DNA from: a bacterium
GTDB lineage: Bacteria > Patescibacteriota > Minisyncoccia > Phycocordibacterales > UBA6065
NCBI GenBank assembly: GCA_030680695.1
Contig: JAUXUT010000149.1
Coordinates: 167,801 to 231,800 of the forward strand
Length of the DNA stretch: 64,000 bases
Direction: 5' to 3'
Shown here one piece after another: positions 9,387-20,391 of this stretch (its first letter is position 1; every line of letters begins with the position of its first letter). Both the position numbers and the translations under genes were made by a program. Below the pieces are notes generated by a model, which saw nothing but the letters and a program-made list of their open reading frames with translations, was not told the origin of the DNA and ran no database searches.

Positions 9387-10043
9387 TTAATCTCGCTTTC
9401 GCGGCATACGCGACTTGTTTTGGTCGGCGATTTTCCACAATATTCGCGCCGCATAGGTGCGATATGGGGACCAGGCGGCGAGCGCCGCGGCAATTTTCTT
9501 CTCGCTCGGCAATTTTTTCCAGCCGTGGAGATTCATGAGTTCTTTGCGCAGAACAAGATCGCCGATTGAAAACACGTCCATGCGACCGAGCGAGAACATA
9601 AGGAGCATTTCGGCCGTCCATGGCCCGATGCCTTTGACCTTTGTAAGGTTCAAGACGACTTCGGCGTCAGGAAGGGATGGCAGGGAAGCAAGGTTGAGCT
9701 CGCCCGACAGGACATGCTCGGCGAGTGACTTGATTGCGCGCGACTTGGCACCTGAAAGCCCGGCGGATCGCATCTGTGCATCGGAGAGTTTCAATATTAC
9801 CTTCGGCTCAACCTTCTTGCGCGGTAGGAGAATTTCAAAGCGGGCGAATATGGTGTCGGCCGCCTTGCCCGACAGTTGTTGGCCGATGATGGTCCAGCAG
9901 ATGTCGCGGAAAAGGTCTTTCGACGCCTTCACATCAGGTATGTCAAAAGCGAGCGATACCTTGTGAAGGCGCGGGTCGGTCTTTTTGAAATGGGCTTGTG
10001 CGAGGGAATACATACACTGGATGCTAACAGATATAGGACACAA
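9387..10043 (-). CDS. alkA: DNA-3-methyladenine glycosylase II (AlkA-like, HhH-GPD superfamily).
   Basis: WTIIGQQLSGKAADTIFARF..., an HhH motif LTKVKGIGPWTAEM, and the catalytic Asp region FSIGDLVLRK. The start may be the internal MYSLAQ. Confidence 0.75.
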   Translation of the reverse strand: MCPISVSIQCMYSLAQAHFKKTDPRLHKVSLAFDIPDVKASKDLFRDICWTIIGQQLSGKAADTIFARFEILLPRKKVEPKVILKLSDAQMRSAGLSGAKSRAIKSLAEHVLSGELNLASLPSLPDAEVVLNLTKVKGIGPWTAEMLLMFSLGRMDVFSIGDLVLRKELMNLHGWKKLPSEKKIAAALAAWSPYRTYAARILWKIADQNKSRMPRKRD

Positions 10044-10176
10044 ACGACAAGAAAGCCTTGTGATACAACATGGCGTGTATGTCCTTGAGAAAGGCCTAGC
10101 GAGCCTGACGAGGCGAGCTCGAGGAATTTTCTAGCAAGAAAATATCCGTGCCTTTCGATGGGACATACACACCATG

Positions 10177-10205
10177 TTGACACCATCAGGTCTTTCCTAT
10201 AGTAT
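10177..10205 (+). promoter_or_regulatory. Candidate rpoB promoter (TTGACA-17-TAGTAT) with a ~180-nt leader.
   Basis: atgTTGACAccatcaggtctttcctaTAGTATc. Confidence 0.5.
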
Positions 10206-10316
10206 CAACCCCACTTCGAGCAGGATTGTGTTATGGGGGAAACACGAAGTAAATTTACAAGGATTCCAATCCTTTTCTTGCTAAAACTCGCTTAAACGAT
10301 TCTTAAACGTCATTAC

Positions 10317-10345
10317 GGCCAACCCCTGGCCATTTTTGCGTTTTT
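10317..10345 (+). promoter_or_regulatory. Attenuator-like hairpin plus U-tract in the rpoB leader.
   Basis: GGCCA-ACCCC-TGGCC followed by ATTTTTGCGTTTTT, 40 nt upstream of the rpoB ATG. Confidence 0.3.
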
Positions 10346-10384
10346 GTCGTCTATGCGCGTCGATGGCCCGAAAGTGGGTGGAAT

Positions 10385-13300
10385 ATGGCAGATTTTGCCA
10401 GCTTTATAAGCACGCACACCATGCGCACGCAGAAATATTTCGGGCGGTTCAAGGATGCCCTCGCAGAGATTCCGAATCTCGTACAGGCGCAGACCGACTC
10501 GTTCAAGTGGCTCGTAGAAAAGGGTCTCGGCGACCTTTTCAAGGAGTTTTCGCAGATTAAAGACTATTCCGAGAAGAAGTTCGAGCTCTCATTCACGGGC
10601 TTCGAACTCGGTGAACCTAAAAACGATGAGCATTTCGCCAAGGCGAACAAGCTTTCGTATGAGGCCCCCCTCAAGGTTCGTATCAAGCTTAAGAACAAAA
10701 CATTCAACAGCGAGAAAGAGCAGGAGATTTTCCTTGCTGATTTCCCGTTGATGACCGATCACGGAACATTCATCGTGAACGGAATCGAGCGCGTCGTCGT
10801 CCCTCAGCTCGCTCGATCATTCGGCGTGTTCTTCACGTCTGACGAGGTTAAGACCAAGACAGTTTTCGGCGCCAAAGTCATCCCAGCCCGTGGAGTATGG
10901 CTCGAAGTCGAGACCGATAACGACGGTACTTTGTACGCCCGCATCGACCGCAAGAGGAAGTTCATGGTGACTTCGCTTTTGCGCGTTCTTGGTGCTGACA
11001 CTGACGAAAAAATCCTCGCTTACTTCAAAGGCGATGAGTCTGCCCAGAAGGTTATTGCCGCATCGCTCGCCAAGGATACTGCCAAGACCGTTTCTGACGC
11101 ATATATAGAGATTCACAAGAGGCTCCGCGACGGTGACCTCGCGACTGCTGATAACGCACGCGAATTCATCCAGGGCCTTTTCCACAAGGACCGATACGAC
11201 CTTTCGTCTGTCGGACGATTCCGCTTTAACAAGCGTTTCGGCAAGGGTATGGACGAGAAATCGCTTGCAGAAAAGACTATAACCGCCGATGACCTCGCTA
11301 TAATTCTCGGTCACATCATCCACCTCAACAACAAGCTCGACGCTATTGAGGACGATATCGACCACCTCGGTTCTCGCCGCGTGCGATATGTTGGTGAGCT
11401 CATGCAGCAGAAGCTTCGCGTTGGTCTCTCGCAGATGAAGCGAAACATCCAGGACAGGATGTCGACCATCGAACCTGATACCACTCAACCTTTGACGTTC
11501 GTATCCCCACGACCGCTCCAGGCGCGACTCAAGGAATTCTTCACGACCAACCAGCTCTCGCAGTTCATGCAGCAGGAAAACATCCTCACTGAACTCGAGC
11601 ATCTCCGCACCCTTTCGGCTCTCGGTCCAGGCGGACTCACCCGAGAACGCGCAGGCTTCGAAGTCCGCGACGTGCATCCATCGCACTACGGACGCCTCTG
11701 CCCAATCCACACCCCTGAAGGTCCGAACATCGGACTTATCCTTCGCCTTTCGACCTATGCGCGTCTTAACGACTTCGGCATGATCGAAACGCCTTACGCT
11801 CGCGTAAAGGCAGGTAAGGTCACCAAGGAAATCGTATTCCTCAACGCTCTCGAGGAAGAGAACTACAAAATCGCCCACGCCGCGACCGAATACGACAAGG
11901 ACGGCAGGATAACTGAAGACAACGTAGAAGTTCGCCAGAACGGCAGCCCTATCATGGCTCGCCGCGATGAAGTGGACTTTATTGACGTATCGACGAACCA
12001 GGCGTTCTCGATTGCGACGAACATGATTCCGTTCCTAAACCACGATGACGCTAACCGCGCATTGATGGGTTCGAACATGCAGAAGCAGGCTACGCCTTGT
12101 ATCATTCCTGAAGCACCTCTCGTTGCCACCGGCATCGAAGCCAAGGCTGCGGAATATTCCGGACGAATCGTTCTTGCCCCAGAAGACGGTGTCATCACCG
12201 CAGTCGACGCACAGAAGGTCACGTTCAAGGGAACCAAGATAAAGGAAAAGACCTACAAACTCGTTAATTTCGAGCGAACCAACGGTTTCACCTCGTATCA
12301 CCAGCGACCAACAGTATCTCTCAATCAGAAGGTCAATAAAGGAGATGTGCTTGTAGACGCATCTTCTTCTGACGGCGGTCAGATTGCCCTCGGACAGAAC
12401 ATGCTTGTAGCGTTCATGTCTTGGTCCGGTGCAAACTACGAAGACGCAATCATCATTTCCGAGCGCGTCATAAAGAATTCCAAGTTCACATCGATCCATA
12501 TCGAAGAGTTCGTGGTAAACGTTCGTGACACCAAACTCGGACCAGAAGTCACCACACACGACATTCCAAACGTCGGCGAAGGAAAGCTCCGAAACCTCGA
12601 CGAGGACGGCGTTATCCGCATCGGTGCAGAAGTACGATCCGGCGACATACTCGTTGGAAAAATTACACCAAAGGGCGAAACCCAGCTCACACCTGAGGAA
12701 CGCCTCCTCCGATCGATCTTCGGCGAGAAAGCTCGCGATGTGAAAGACACCTCGAAACGAATGGAAGGTGGCAAGAAGGGTCGCGTCGTTTCAGTCAAAG
12801 TCTTCTCTCGAGAGAAGGGCGACAAACTCGAGTCAGGCATCATCAAGCGCATCCACGTTGAAGTTGCTCAGCTCCGAACAGTATCGGTGGGCGACAAGCT
12901 CGCAGGACGACACGGAAACAAGGGAGTTATCTCGCGAATCCTTCCAGAAGAAGATATGCCGTACATGGCTGACGGAACACCTATCGACGTCATTCTCACC
13001 CCATTGGGCGTTCCATCTCGAATGAACCTTGGACAGATTCTCGAGCTTCATCTCGGACTCGCGGCTAACACCCTCAACTATCAGGCAATCGTTCCGCCAT
13101 TCGCAGGTGCGACCGGTGATGAAATCAAACAGGAGCTCGTAAAGGCGGGTCTTCCAGAGAACGGTAAGATGACCCTCTTTGACGGACGCACTGGTGACAA
13201 ATTCCAGCAGGATATCTCGGTTGGATACATGTATATCCTCAAGTTGCATCACATGGTTGAGGACAAGATCCACATGCGATCGATTGGACCGTACAGCCTC

Positions 13301-13597
13301 ATTACCCAGCAACCGCTCGGCGGAAAGGCTCAGGGTGGAGGACAGAGGTTCGGAGAAATGGAAGTCTGGGCTCTCCTCGGTCACGGTGTTGCCCACACTC
13401 TCCGCGAAATCCTTACCATCAAGTCCGACGACATTCAGGGACGATCGGCGGCATTCGATGCCATCGTCAAGGGCGACAGACTACAACAGCCTAACCTGCC
13501 GGCATCGTTCAACGTGCTTCTTAACTCGCTTCGAGGTCTTTCGCTCGACGTAGAGCTCAGGAAGGATGGAAAGGACACTAAACCTAACAAGAATTAA
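10385..13597 (+). CDS. rpoB: DNA-directed RNA polymerase subunit beta.
   Basis: Collinear RpoB conserved regions, e.g. GRHGNKGVISRILPEEDMPY and GGQRFGEMEVWAL. It is short, about 1070 aa. Confidence 0.97.
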   Translation: MADFASFISTHTMRTQKYFGRFKDALAEIPNLVQAQTDSFKWLVEKGLGDLFKEFSQIKDYSEKKFELSFTGFELGEPKNDEHFAKANKLSYEAPLKVRIKLKNKTFNSEKEQEIFLADFPLMTDHGTFIVNGIERVVVPQLARSFGVFFTSDEVKTKTVFGAKVIPARGVWLEVETDNDGTLYARIDRKRKFMVTSLLRVLGADTDEKILAYFKGDESAQKVIAASLAKDTAKTVSDAYIEIHKRLRDGDLATADNAREFIQGLFHKDRYDLSSVGRFRFNKRFGKGMDEKSLAEKTITADDLAIILGHIIHLNNKLDAIEDDIDHLGSRRVRYVGELMQQKLRVGLSQMKRNIQDRMSTIEPDTTQPLTFVSPRPLQARLKEFFTTNQLSQFMQQENILTELEHLRTLSALGPGGLTRERAGFEVRDVHPSHYGRLCPIHTPEGPNIGLILRLSTYARLNDFGMIETPYARVKAGKVTKEIVFLNALEEENYKIAHAATEYDKDGRITEDNVEVRQNGSPIMARRDEVDFIDVSTNQAFSIATNMIPFLNHDDANRALMGSNMQKQATPCIIPEAPLVATGIEAKAAEYSGRIVLAPEDGVITAVDAQKVTFKGTKIKEKTYKLVNFERTNGFTSYHQRPTVSLNQKVNKGDVLVDASSSDGGQIALGQNMLVAFMSWSGANYEDAIIISERVIKNSKFTSIHIEEFVVNVRDTKLGPEVTTHDIPNVGEGKLRNLDEDGVIRIGAEVRSGDILVGKITPKGETQLTPEERLLRSIFGEKARDVKDTSKRMEGGKKGRVVSVKVFSREKGDKLESGIIKRIHVEVAQLRTVSVGDKLAGRHGNKGVISRILPEEDMPYMADGTPIDVILTPLGVPSRMNLGQILELHLGLAANTLNYQAIVPPFAGATGDEIKQELVKAGLPENGKMTLFDGRTGDKFQQDISVGYMYILKLHHMVEDKIHMRSIGPYSLITQQPLGGKAQGGGQRFGEMEVWALLGHGVAHTLREILTIKSDDIQGRSAAFDAIVKGDRLQQPNLPASFNVLLNSLRGLSLDVELRKDGKDTKPNKN

Positions 13598-13598
13598 T

Positions 13599-16500
13599 AT
13601 GGCATACGTACCAAAGAACAGGGGTGGCGAGTTCACCGACTTCGATACGGTAGCCCTCCGCATCGCATCGCCAGAGCGCATTAAGGAATGGTCGTTCGGC
13701 GAGGTCACGAAGCCAGAGACTATCAACTATCGAACCCAGCGTTCCGAAAAGAACGGCCTCTTCGACGAGAAAATCTTCGGCCCGGACAAGGACTTCGAAT
13801 GTTACTGCGGAAAGTACCGCGGCATCAGGTATAAGGGAATCGTTTGCGAGAAGTGCGGGGTCGAGATAACTCGATCAATCGTACGGCGCGAGCGCATGGG
13901 CCATATCGAGCTTTCAAGCCCGGTATCGCACATCTGGTTCCTCCGATCGATGCCTTCGCGCCTCGGTCTCATCCTTGGCATGACGACGGCAGACCTTGAA
14001 AAGGTCATTTACTTCGCAGGATATATCATCACAGCGGTATCTGAATCTGCTCGTAATGAAATCATGCGCGACCTCGAGTCAGAGTTCAAAGCAAAGTCCA
14101 AGTCTATTCAGGACGAGAAGACCAAGGAAGCCCTCAAGAACATGTACCAGGGCGCCAAGAAGGAAATTGATGGCATACAGCAAGGGGCGGTTCTCGACGA
14201 GCTCGAATACGGCAAGTTCTCGATGAAGTACTCGACTTTGTTCGAGGCAGGCATTGGTGCGGAAGCAATCTACAATATCTGCAAGAACATTGACCTCAAG
14301 AAGCTTGAAGCAGAGCTTTCGACGAGCCTCGAAAAGGCCGGTGCACTTGAAAGCGAGAAGCTCAACCGACGTCTTTCAGTGGTCCGTGCGATGATCAAGT
14401 CTCAGATTCGTCCAGAATGGATGTTCCTTTCACGAATCCCAGTTATCCCACCAGCTCTACGTCCTATGGTTCCGTTGGACGGCGGACGATACGCAACATC
14501 TGACGTGAACGATCTTTATCGACGCGTCATCAACCGAAACAACCGACTTCAGAAGCTCAAGGAAATCAATGCGCCTGACGTCATCCTTCGAAACGAGAAG
14601 CGTATCCTTCAGGAAGCAGTAGACGCCCTCATCGACAACTCGATTCGACACGGAAATTCGACCACTCAGGCAGGTTCGCTCGCATCAAAGCGCGCGCTCA
14701 AGTCGCTCGCCGACAACCTCAAGGGTAAGCGAGGACTTCTTCGAGGAAACCTTCTCGGAAAGCGTGTCGACTATTCGGGACGATCGGTTATCGTTGTTGG
14801 TCCAGACCTTCCACTCGACATGTGTGGACTTCCAAAGCACATGGCATTGGAACTCTTCAAGCCATTCGTTATTTCGGAACTTCTCCGAACCGAGCTCGCA
14901 TACAACATCCGCGGAGCGTCGCGCCTCATCGAGGACGGCATTCCAGAGGTGTGGGCTATTCTCGAAAAGGTGATTGAAGGTAAGTATGTGCTCCTCAACC
15001 GAGCGCCTACACTCCACCGACTCGGTATTCAGGCCTTCCGACCAAAACTCATTGAAGGAAACGCTATCCAGGTTCACCCACTCGTATGTACTGCGTTCAA
15101 CGCGGACTTCGACGGAGACCAGATGGCAGTTCACGTACCGCTTTCTCCAGAGGCCCAGAAAGAGGCAAAGGAGATTATGGCCTCAGACAAGAACATCCTC
15201 AAACCTGGTTCAGGCGACCCTACGCTTGCCTCTAAGATGCTCGACATCATTCTCGGTGTGTATTGGATGACCAAGAATGTGAAAGGCGAGCTCGGTGAAG
15301 GAAAGGTATTCGAATCTCCTGAGGCTGCAATACTTGCGACTGATTTCGGTGTTGTGTCTTTCAGGGCGACAGTAAAGGTCCTTGCTCCTAATACGCCTAA
15401 GTTTGCGGAATTCGGTGGCAAAATCTTCGAGACCACCATCGGCCGACTCCTCTTTAACGAGGTTCTTCCGGCGGAATATCCGTTCATCAACAAGGAAGTC
15501 GAACGAAAGGCAATGTCAGTCGTGATAGATGACCTCGTGGTTCGATACGGTGTAGACAGCGTTCCTGCGGTACTTGATCGCGTCAAAAACTTCGGCTTCA
15601 AGTACGCGACATATTCAGGTGTTACCTGGGGTATCGACGATGTTCAGACACCTGCAGGCAAGACTAATGTTGTCGACAAGGCCAAGGCGGAGTCCGCAAC
15701 GGTCAGTGGCCAGTTCAACGACGGTCTTCTTTCCGAAGACGAGCGTGTACGAAAGAACGTGGAGATTTGGCACAAGGCCAAGTCTGATATCGAGAAGCTT
15801 ATCCCTGGTTCTCTTGATGTGAACGGACCGGTTAACGACATGGTTAAGTCCGGAGCTCGAGGATCCATCGGTAACATCACCCAGATGGTGGGTATGAAGG
15901 GCCTCATCACCAACACAGCAGGCGAGACCATCGAGTTCCCGATTATTTCGGGCATGAAAGACGGTCTTACCCCGATTGAGTACTTCATCACAACCCACGG
16001 AGCTCGAAAGGGTCTCACAGACACCGCTCTTAACACGGCGCGTGCCGGATACCTTACTCGAAGGCTCTTCGATGTTGCGCAGGACGTGATGATCACAGAG
16101 GAAGATTGTGGAACCAAAGACGTAATCCACATCAAAAAGGAAAGCGCATTGGGTATCGAAGTTTCTATCGCCAAGAATATCCGCGGACGAGTGCTTGCGG
16201 AAGACGTAAAGTCAGCAGATGGCAAGGTATCGTTCAAGAAAGGAGTTATCCTCTCCAAGCAGGATGCTGCAGCTATCGAGGCAGCAGGTATCACAGAGGT
16301 GTCGGTACGAAGCCCTCTGGCATGTAAGACTCTTCACGGCGTCTGTCAGCAGTGCTATGGAATCGACCTTGGAAAGAATCACCTCATTGACGTTGGCGAG
16401 GCGGTTGGAACCGTCGCCGCACAGGCGATCGGTGAGCCAGGTACACAGCTTACTATGCGTACCTTCCACGCGGGAGGAACAGCATCGGTCGGTGGAGACA

Positions 16501-17285
16501 TCACGGCCGGACTTCCTCGAGTTGAAGAGGTCTTCGAGAAACGACGTCCAAAGAATCCTGCGGTCATCGCAACTGTTTCTGGAACCGTTACATCCATAAA
16601 GGATCACGGCAAAGAGAAGACCATATCGGTCATCCCAGACCTTGAAGACAAGGGCAAAACCAAGAAGGGTGCTGCAGAAATCGAGTACACATTCAGCTTT
16701 AGGCGAATGCCGCTCGTTAAGGCTGGCGATAAGATTCAGAAAGGTCAGTTCCTCACCGACGGATCTGCGGACATCGACGAGGTGTTCGAGTACGGAGGCA
16801 GGGAGCGTGCGATGGAATACATTATTCACGAAATCGGTAAGATTTACGAGCTTCAGGGAGAAACCGTGTCCCGAAAGCATATCGAAATCATCGTCAAGCA
16901 GATGTTTTCGCGACAGCGCATCACAGATGCTGGCGATACCAAGTACTCGATGGATGACGTTGCTAACGGATTCGATGTTCGAACCGAGAACGATAAGGCT
17001 AAGGAGGCAGGAAAGACGATTGCTACTTCAGAATCTGTTGTGATGGGAATCACAGAAGTGTCGCTCTCGCGCCAGTCGTTCCTTTCAGCAGCATCGTTCC
17101 AGCACACGACCAGGATCTTCATCTCGGCCGCTATTCGCGGAACCGAAGACAAGCTTTCTGGCCTCAAAGAAAACGTTATCATCGGTCGCCTCATCCCAGC
17201 AGGAACTGGATATAAGGGCAGCAAGAAGCATGCGATGATAGAGAAAGTGTCGGAGAGGGATACAAGGGAACAGTACGACCTCTAA
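13599..17285 (+). CDS. rpoC: DNA-directed RNA polymerase subunit beta'.
   Basis: Zn finger YCGKYRGIRYKGIVCEKCGVEITRS, and the catalytic NADFDGDQMAVH. The start is taken at the MAYVPKN Met, 1 nt after the rpoB stop. Confidence 0.97.
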   Translation: MAYVPKNRGGEFTDFDTVALRIASPERIKEWSFGEVTKPETINYRTQRSEKNGLFDEKIFGPDKDFECYCGKYRGIRYKGIVCEKCGVEITRSIVRRERMGHIELSSPVSHIWFLRSMPSRLGLILGMTTADLEKVIYFAGYIITAVSESARNEIMRDLESEFKAKSKSIQDEKTKEALKNMYQGAKKEIDGIQQGAVLDELEYGKFSMKYSTLFEAGIGAEAIYNICKNIDLKKLEAELSTSLEKAGALESEKLNRRLSVVRAMIKSQIRPEWMFLSRIPVIPPALRPMVPLDGGRYATSDVNDLYRRVINRNNRLQKLKEINAPDVILRNEKRILQEAVDALIDNSIRHGNSTTQAGSLASKRALKSLADNLKGKRGLLRGNLLGKRVDYSGRSVIVVGPDLPLDMCGLPKHMALELFKPFVISELLRTELAYNIRGASRLIEDGIPEVWAILEKVIEGKYVLLNRAPTLHRLGIQAFRPKLIEGNAIQVHPLVCTAFNADFDGDQMAVHVPLSPEAQKEAKEIMASDKNILKPGSGDPTLASKMLDIILGVYWMTKNVKGELGEGKVFESPEAAILATDFGVVSFRATVKVLAPNTPKFAEFGGKIFETTIGRLLFNEVLPAEYPFINKEVERKAMSVVIDDLVVRYGVDSVPAVLDRVKNFGFKYATYSGVTWGIDDVQTPAGKTNVVDKAKAESATVSGQFNDGLLSEDERVRKNVEIWHKAKSDIEKLIPGSLDVNGPVNDMVKSGARGSIGNITQMVGMKGLITNTAGETIEFPIISGMKDGLTPIEYFITTHGARKGLTDTALNTARAGYLTRRLFDVAQDVMITEEDCGTKDVIHIKKESALGIEVSIAKNIRGRVLAEDVKSADGKVSFKKGVILSKQDAAAIEAAGITEVSVRSPLACKTLHGVCQQCYGIDLGKNHLIDVGEAVGTVAAQAIGEPGTQLTMRTFHAGGTASVGGDITAGLPRVEEVFEKRRPKNPAVIATVSGTVTSIKDHGKEKTISVIPDLEDKGKTKKGAAEIEYTFSFRRMPLVKAGDKIQKGQFLTDGSADIDEVFEYGGRERAMEYIIHEIGKIYELQGETVSRKHIEIIVKQMFSRQRITDAGDTKYSMDDVANGFDVRTENDKAKEAGKTIATSESVVMGITEVSLSRQSFLSAASFQHTTRIFISAAIRGTEDKLSGLKENVIIGRLIPAGTGYKGSKKHAMIEKVSERDTREQYDL

Positions 17286-17306
17286 TCGCGCGCAAGCGCA
17301 AAAACA

Positions 17307-19079
17307 ATGGCAACCAGCCATGTAGAAGAGATAAAGGAGCGCCTCAAGGTAGAGGATGTAGTGGCCTCCTATATAAAGCTCGACAAATCGGGCGCCAATT
17401 TCAAGGCCCGGTGTCCTTTCCACAACGAAAAGACGCCGTCCTTCTACGTGTCTCCAGATCGCGGCTCGTTCTATTGCTTCGGATGCCAAGCCAAGGGAGA
17501 CATATTCACCTTTGTCGAAAAGTTCGAGGGCCTAGATTTCATGGGTGCTTTGAAAGTGCTCGCAGAAAGGGCTGGTGTACAGTTGGATCGCCGTGCAGCG
17601 CAAAAAGATAACCGAAAGGAAGCGCTGTACCAGATAATGGAGGACGCAGCTGTGTTCTATGAAGCAGAGCTCGCGGCGTCGGAAACAGCCAAAACATATA
17701 TTGCTGGACGTGGCCTCACAGACAAGACTGTAGCGGATTTCCGTGTCGGGTTCGCGGCTGACGAATGGAGGTCTCTGCGCAATCATCTGAAGGGCAAAGG
17801 TCATTCGGATGCGGATGTCGAGGCGGTCGGGCTTGTTAAAAAGTCCGAGAAGGCAGGCGGATCGAGTAACGACCCGTATTACGACACCTTCAGGAACCGA
17901 ATCATATTCCCGATCGCAGATTCATCTGGTCGCGTTGTGGCCTTCACAGGTCGCACTCTCGACGAGGCAAGCAATCCGCCGAAGTACCTCAACAGCCCAG
18001 AGACAGTTCTGTTTACGAAGTCCAAGGTTTTGTTCGCCCTCGACCGGGCAAAAATGGACGTGCGCAAGCGAGGCTACGCGATCATCGTCGAAGGGCAAAT
18101 GGACGCAGTTATGCTCCATCAGGCCGGATACACGAACACGGTGGCGGCTTCTGGTACGGCCTTTGTTGACGATGTTAGTGATGATTCGGCATTCAACTTG
18201 CTCACCAGACTTTCCGACAATATAGTGGTCGCGTTCGACTCTGATTCAGCAGGACAAAAAGCAGTTCGCCGCATTGTTCCGGCGATTTCCCTTGGCATGA
18301 ACGTGAAGATTGTTGATGTGAAGGGAGGTAAGGATCCCGCAGACATTGTAAAATCCGACCCTGCGGCGTGGCATGCGCTCCTTGAAGGCAAAAAGGATTT
18401 CGTGGATTATCTCGTAGATACTTTGGTTGACGCCAAGGCGAGCCCAGCCGAGGTATCACGTCTCGTCCGTCAGGATATATTCCCGTATCTTGCCGCAATC
18501 CCACAGGAAACCCCGCGATACCAGGCGGTACGCAGGGTCGCTGATCGGCTCGCGATATCAGAAGATGCACTATGGAAGGACTTTGGTGCATATGTCGCCG
18601 CCCAAAAGACTGCGGACAGGACGGGTATACCAGCAGGGCAGTCAGGTGGTTCAGCGCAGGCCGGCAAGAAAGGAATTGCTCGCCTTGAGGCGATTGAACG
18701 GAAAGCGCTCGGGCTGCTCCATTCGAAATCACACCTCAAAGGCGATGCGGTTCGAAAGTCCGAGCTTGCGGCAGTAGTAGGCGAGAAGAGGATGTTGGAA
18801 TTCGAAGCCCTCTCGCCAGAAAGTATTGCCGAGCTCACCCTGGAAGCCGAGATAACCTTTCCTGCCGACGACGAAAAGCGTAGCAGTGAGCGCGAGTATA
18901 AGATTCTCCTGCTTTATCTCGAGGAAGAGATGCTCAGGAAGTCGCTCGAAGATATGATGGGAGCGATTCACAGGCACGAGAAGGGTAAGGACGAGACAGC
19001 GACGAGGCAGGCGATGGAAGGAATCCAGAAAGCGACGGAAAGGATGCAGGAAATAAAAAAGCAAATAACTTTGGTATAA
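17307..19079 (+). CDS. dnaG: DNA primase.
   Basis: Zn-ribbon CPFHNEKTPSFYVSPDRGSFYCFGCQAKG, and a TOPRIM domain (AIIVEGQMDAVMLHQAG...VVAFDSDSAGQKA). Confidence 0.9.
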   Translation: MATSHVEEIKERLKVEDVVASYIKLDKSGANFKARCPFHNEKTPSFYVSPDRGSFYCFGCQAKGDIFTFVEKFEGLDFMGALKVLAERAGVQLDRRAAQKDNRKEALYQIMEDAAVFYEAELAASETAKTYIAGRGLTDKTVADFRVGFAADEWRSLRNHLKGKGHSDADVEAVGLVKKSEKAGGSSNDPYYDTFRNRIIFPIADSSGRVVAFTGRTLDEASNPPKYLNSPETVLFTKSKVLFALDRAKMDVRKRGYAIIVEGQMDAVMLHQAGYTNTVAASGTAFVDDVSDDSAFNLLTRLSDNIVVAFDSDSAGQKAVRRIVPAISLGMNVKIVDVKGGKDPADIVKSDPAAWHALLEGKKDFVDYLVDTLVDAKASPAEVSRLVRQDIFPYLAAIPQETPRYQAVRRVADRLAISEDALWKDFGAYVAAQKTADRTGIPAGQSGGSAQAGKKGIARLEAIERKALGLLHSKSHLKGDAVRKSELAAVVGEKRMLEFEALSPESIAELTLEAEITFPADDEKRSSEREYKILLLYLEEEMLRKSLEDMMGAIHRHEKGKDETATRQAMEGIQKATERMQEIKKQITLV

Positions 19080-19093
19080 TAAAGCCCACATAA

Positions 19094-20302
19094 ATGGCAA
19101 AGAAGGACATCAAAAAATCAAAAAAGGGTGCTAAGGGAGCGGCGAAAAAGCCGTCTCCGAAGAAAGTACCAAAGAAGGCCAAGGCAGCTCCGCTCTCGCC
19201 TAAGATGAAGAAGCTGAAGGATAAGGCGAGGGAGGCTAATCACAAGGCCGACAAGCTTGTCCACAAAGGCAAAGAACGCGGTTTCATAACATACGACGAG
19301 ATTCTCAAGGAATTTCCTAATATCGAGAACGATATTATTTTTCTCGACGATTTGTATACGCGCCTCGCAGGTGCAGGTATCGACGTCCTTGAATCTGGCG
19401 GAATGCTTGACCTCGAGCCAGAGAAAGATTCTCATGGCAAGAAATACGGCCTCGGCCGATCAGGTGAAGGTTCGTACGATTCGATTCAGATGTACCTCAA
19501 GGAAATCGGTCAGTATCCGCTCGTCCCTGCATCCATGGAAAAAGAACTCGCAAGGAGAATCGAGTCCGGCGACGATGAGGCAAAAAATTTGCTCGCAAAG
19601 GCAAACCTGCGCCTCGTGGTTTCGATTGCCAAGAAATACGTTGGCCGATCGGCAGACCTCACATTGCTCGACCTTATTCAGGAAGGAAATCTCGGTCTTT
19701 TCAAGGCCGTAGACAAATTCGACTGGACCAAAGGTTTCAAGTTCTCTACATACGCAACATGGTGGATTCGCCAGGCCATCACTCGCGCCCTCGCAGACCA
19801 ATCGCGAACGATTCGCGTTCCCGTGCACATGGTTGAAACCATCGCCAAATATAAACAAGTTGTACGCCGCTTGTCTCAGGACCTCGGTCGCGACCCATTG
19901 CCAGACGAAATCGCCGTCGAGATGGGACTTGAAGTCGAAAAGGTATATCAGATCGAGAAAATTGATCAGGATACTGTTTCTCTTGAATCACCGGTAGGCG
20001 ATGAGGATGACGGCAAGTCGTCTCTCGGCGACTTCCTCTCGGACGACAAGATACTTTCGCCGGATCAGGAATCGTCACGACGCATTCTTTCAGATCAGGT
20101 GAAGGGCATCCTCGACGATCTCTCGCCAAAGGAACGCAAGATTTTGGAAATGCGCCACGGATTGAACGACGGCATCACCCACACCCTCGAGGAAGTGGGC
20201 AAGGAGTTCGGCGTCACCCGTGAACGTATTCGCCAGATCGAGGCCAAGGCGCATGAGAAAATTCGTCAGCACGAGAAAATCAATCAATTGAAGAACTATT
20301 AA
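19094..20302 (+). CDS. rpoD: RNA polymerase sigma factor RpoD (sigma-70) with a Lys-rich N-terminal extension.
   Basis: Region 2 [39 protein letters not shown], and region 4 [23 protein letters not shown]. Confidence 0.95.
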   Translation: MAKKDIKKSKKGAKGAAKKPSPKKVPKKAKAAPLSPKMKKLKDKAREANHKADKLVHKGKERGFITYDEILKEFPNIENDIIFLDDLYTRLAGAGIDVLESGGMLDLEPEKDSHGKKYGLGRSGEGSYDSIQMYLKEIGQYPLVPASMEKELARRIESGDDEAKNLLAKANLRLVVSIAKKYVGRSADLTLLDLIQEGNLGLFKAVDKFDWTKGFKFSTYATWWIRQAITRALADQSRTIRVPVHMVETIAKYKQVVRRLSQDLGRDPLPDEIAVEMGLEVEKVYQIEKIDQDTVSLESPVGDEDDGKSSLGDFLSDDKILSPDQESSRRILSDQVKGILDDLSPKERKILEMRHGLNDGITHTLEEVGKEFGVTRERIRQIEAKAHEKIRQHEKINQLKNY

Positions 20303-20326
20303 TCGGCATTAGGCATTGTAAGCTAA

Positions 20327-20370
20327 GTCCGCCAAAAAACCGCCAAGAATGGCGGTTTTTTGGCGGACGA
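20327..20370 (+). terminator. rpoD intrinsic terminator.
   Basis: GTCCGCCAAAAAACCGCC-AAGAAT-GGCGGTTTTTTGGCGGAC. Confidence 0.7.
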
Positions 20371-20391
20371 AATATGGTGGGGTAATGCTAC

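Noticed and set aside
10044-10384. 340-bp intergenic region checked for tmRNA, SRP RNA or RNase P RNA
   Set aside because: No tRNA-like acceptor/T-arm end, SRP domain IV motif or P4 pseudoknot motifs were recognisable. It is better explained as the rpoB promoter plus leader.
10817-11878. 353-aa minus-strand ORF inside rpoB, and similar long antisense ORFs in rpoC (15644-16294, 16212-16880) and leuS (46224-46814)
   Set aside because: They lie fully antisense to highly conserved essential genes. They have no motifs and are typical frame artefacts of GC-balanced coding sequence.
13566-13598. rpoC start at 13566 overlapping rpoB by 32 nt
   Set aside because: The conserved RpoC N-terminus begins at MAYVPKN (13599), one nt after the rpoB stop. 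The upstream extension is not supported.
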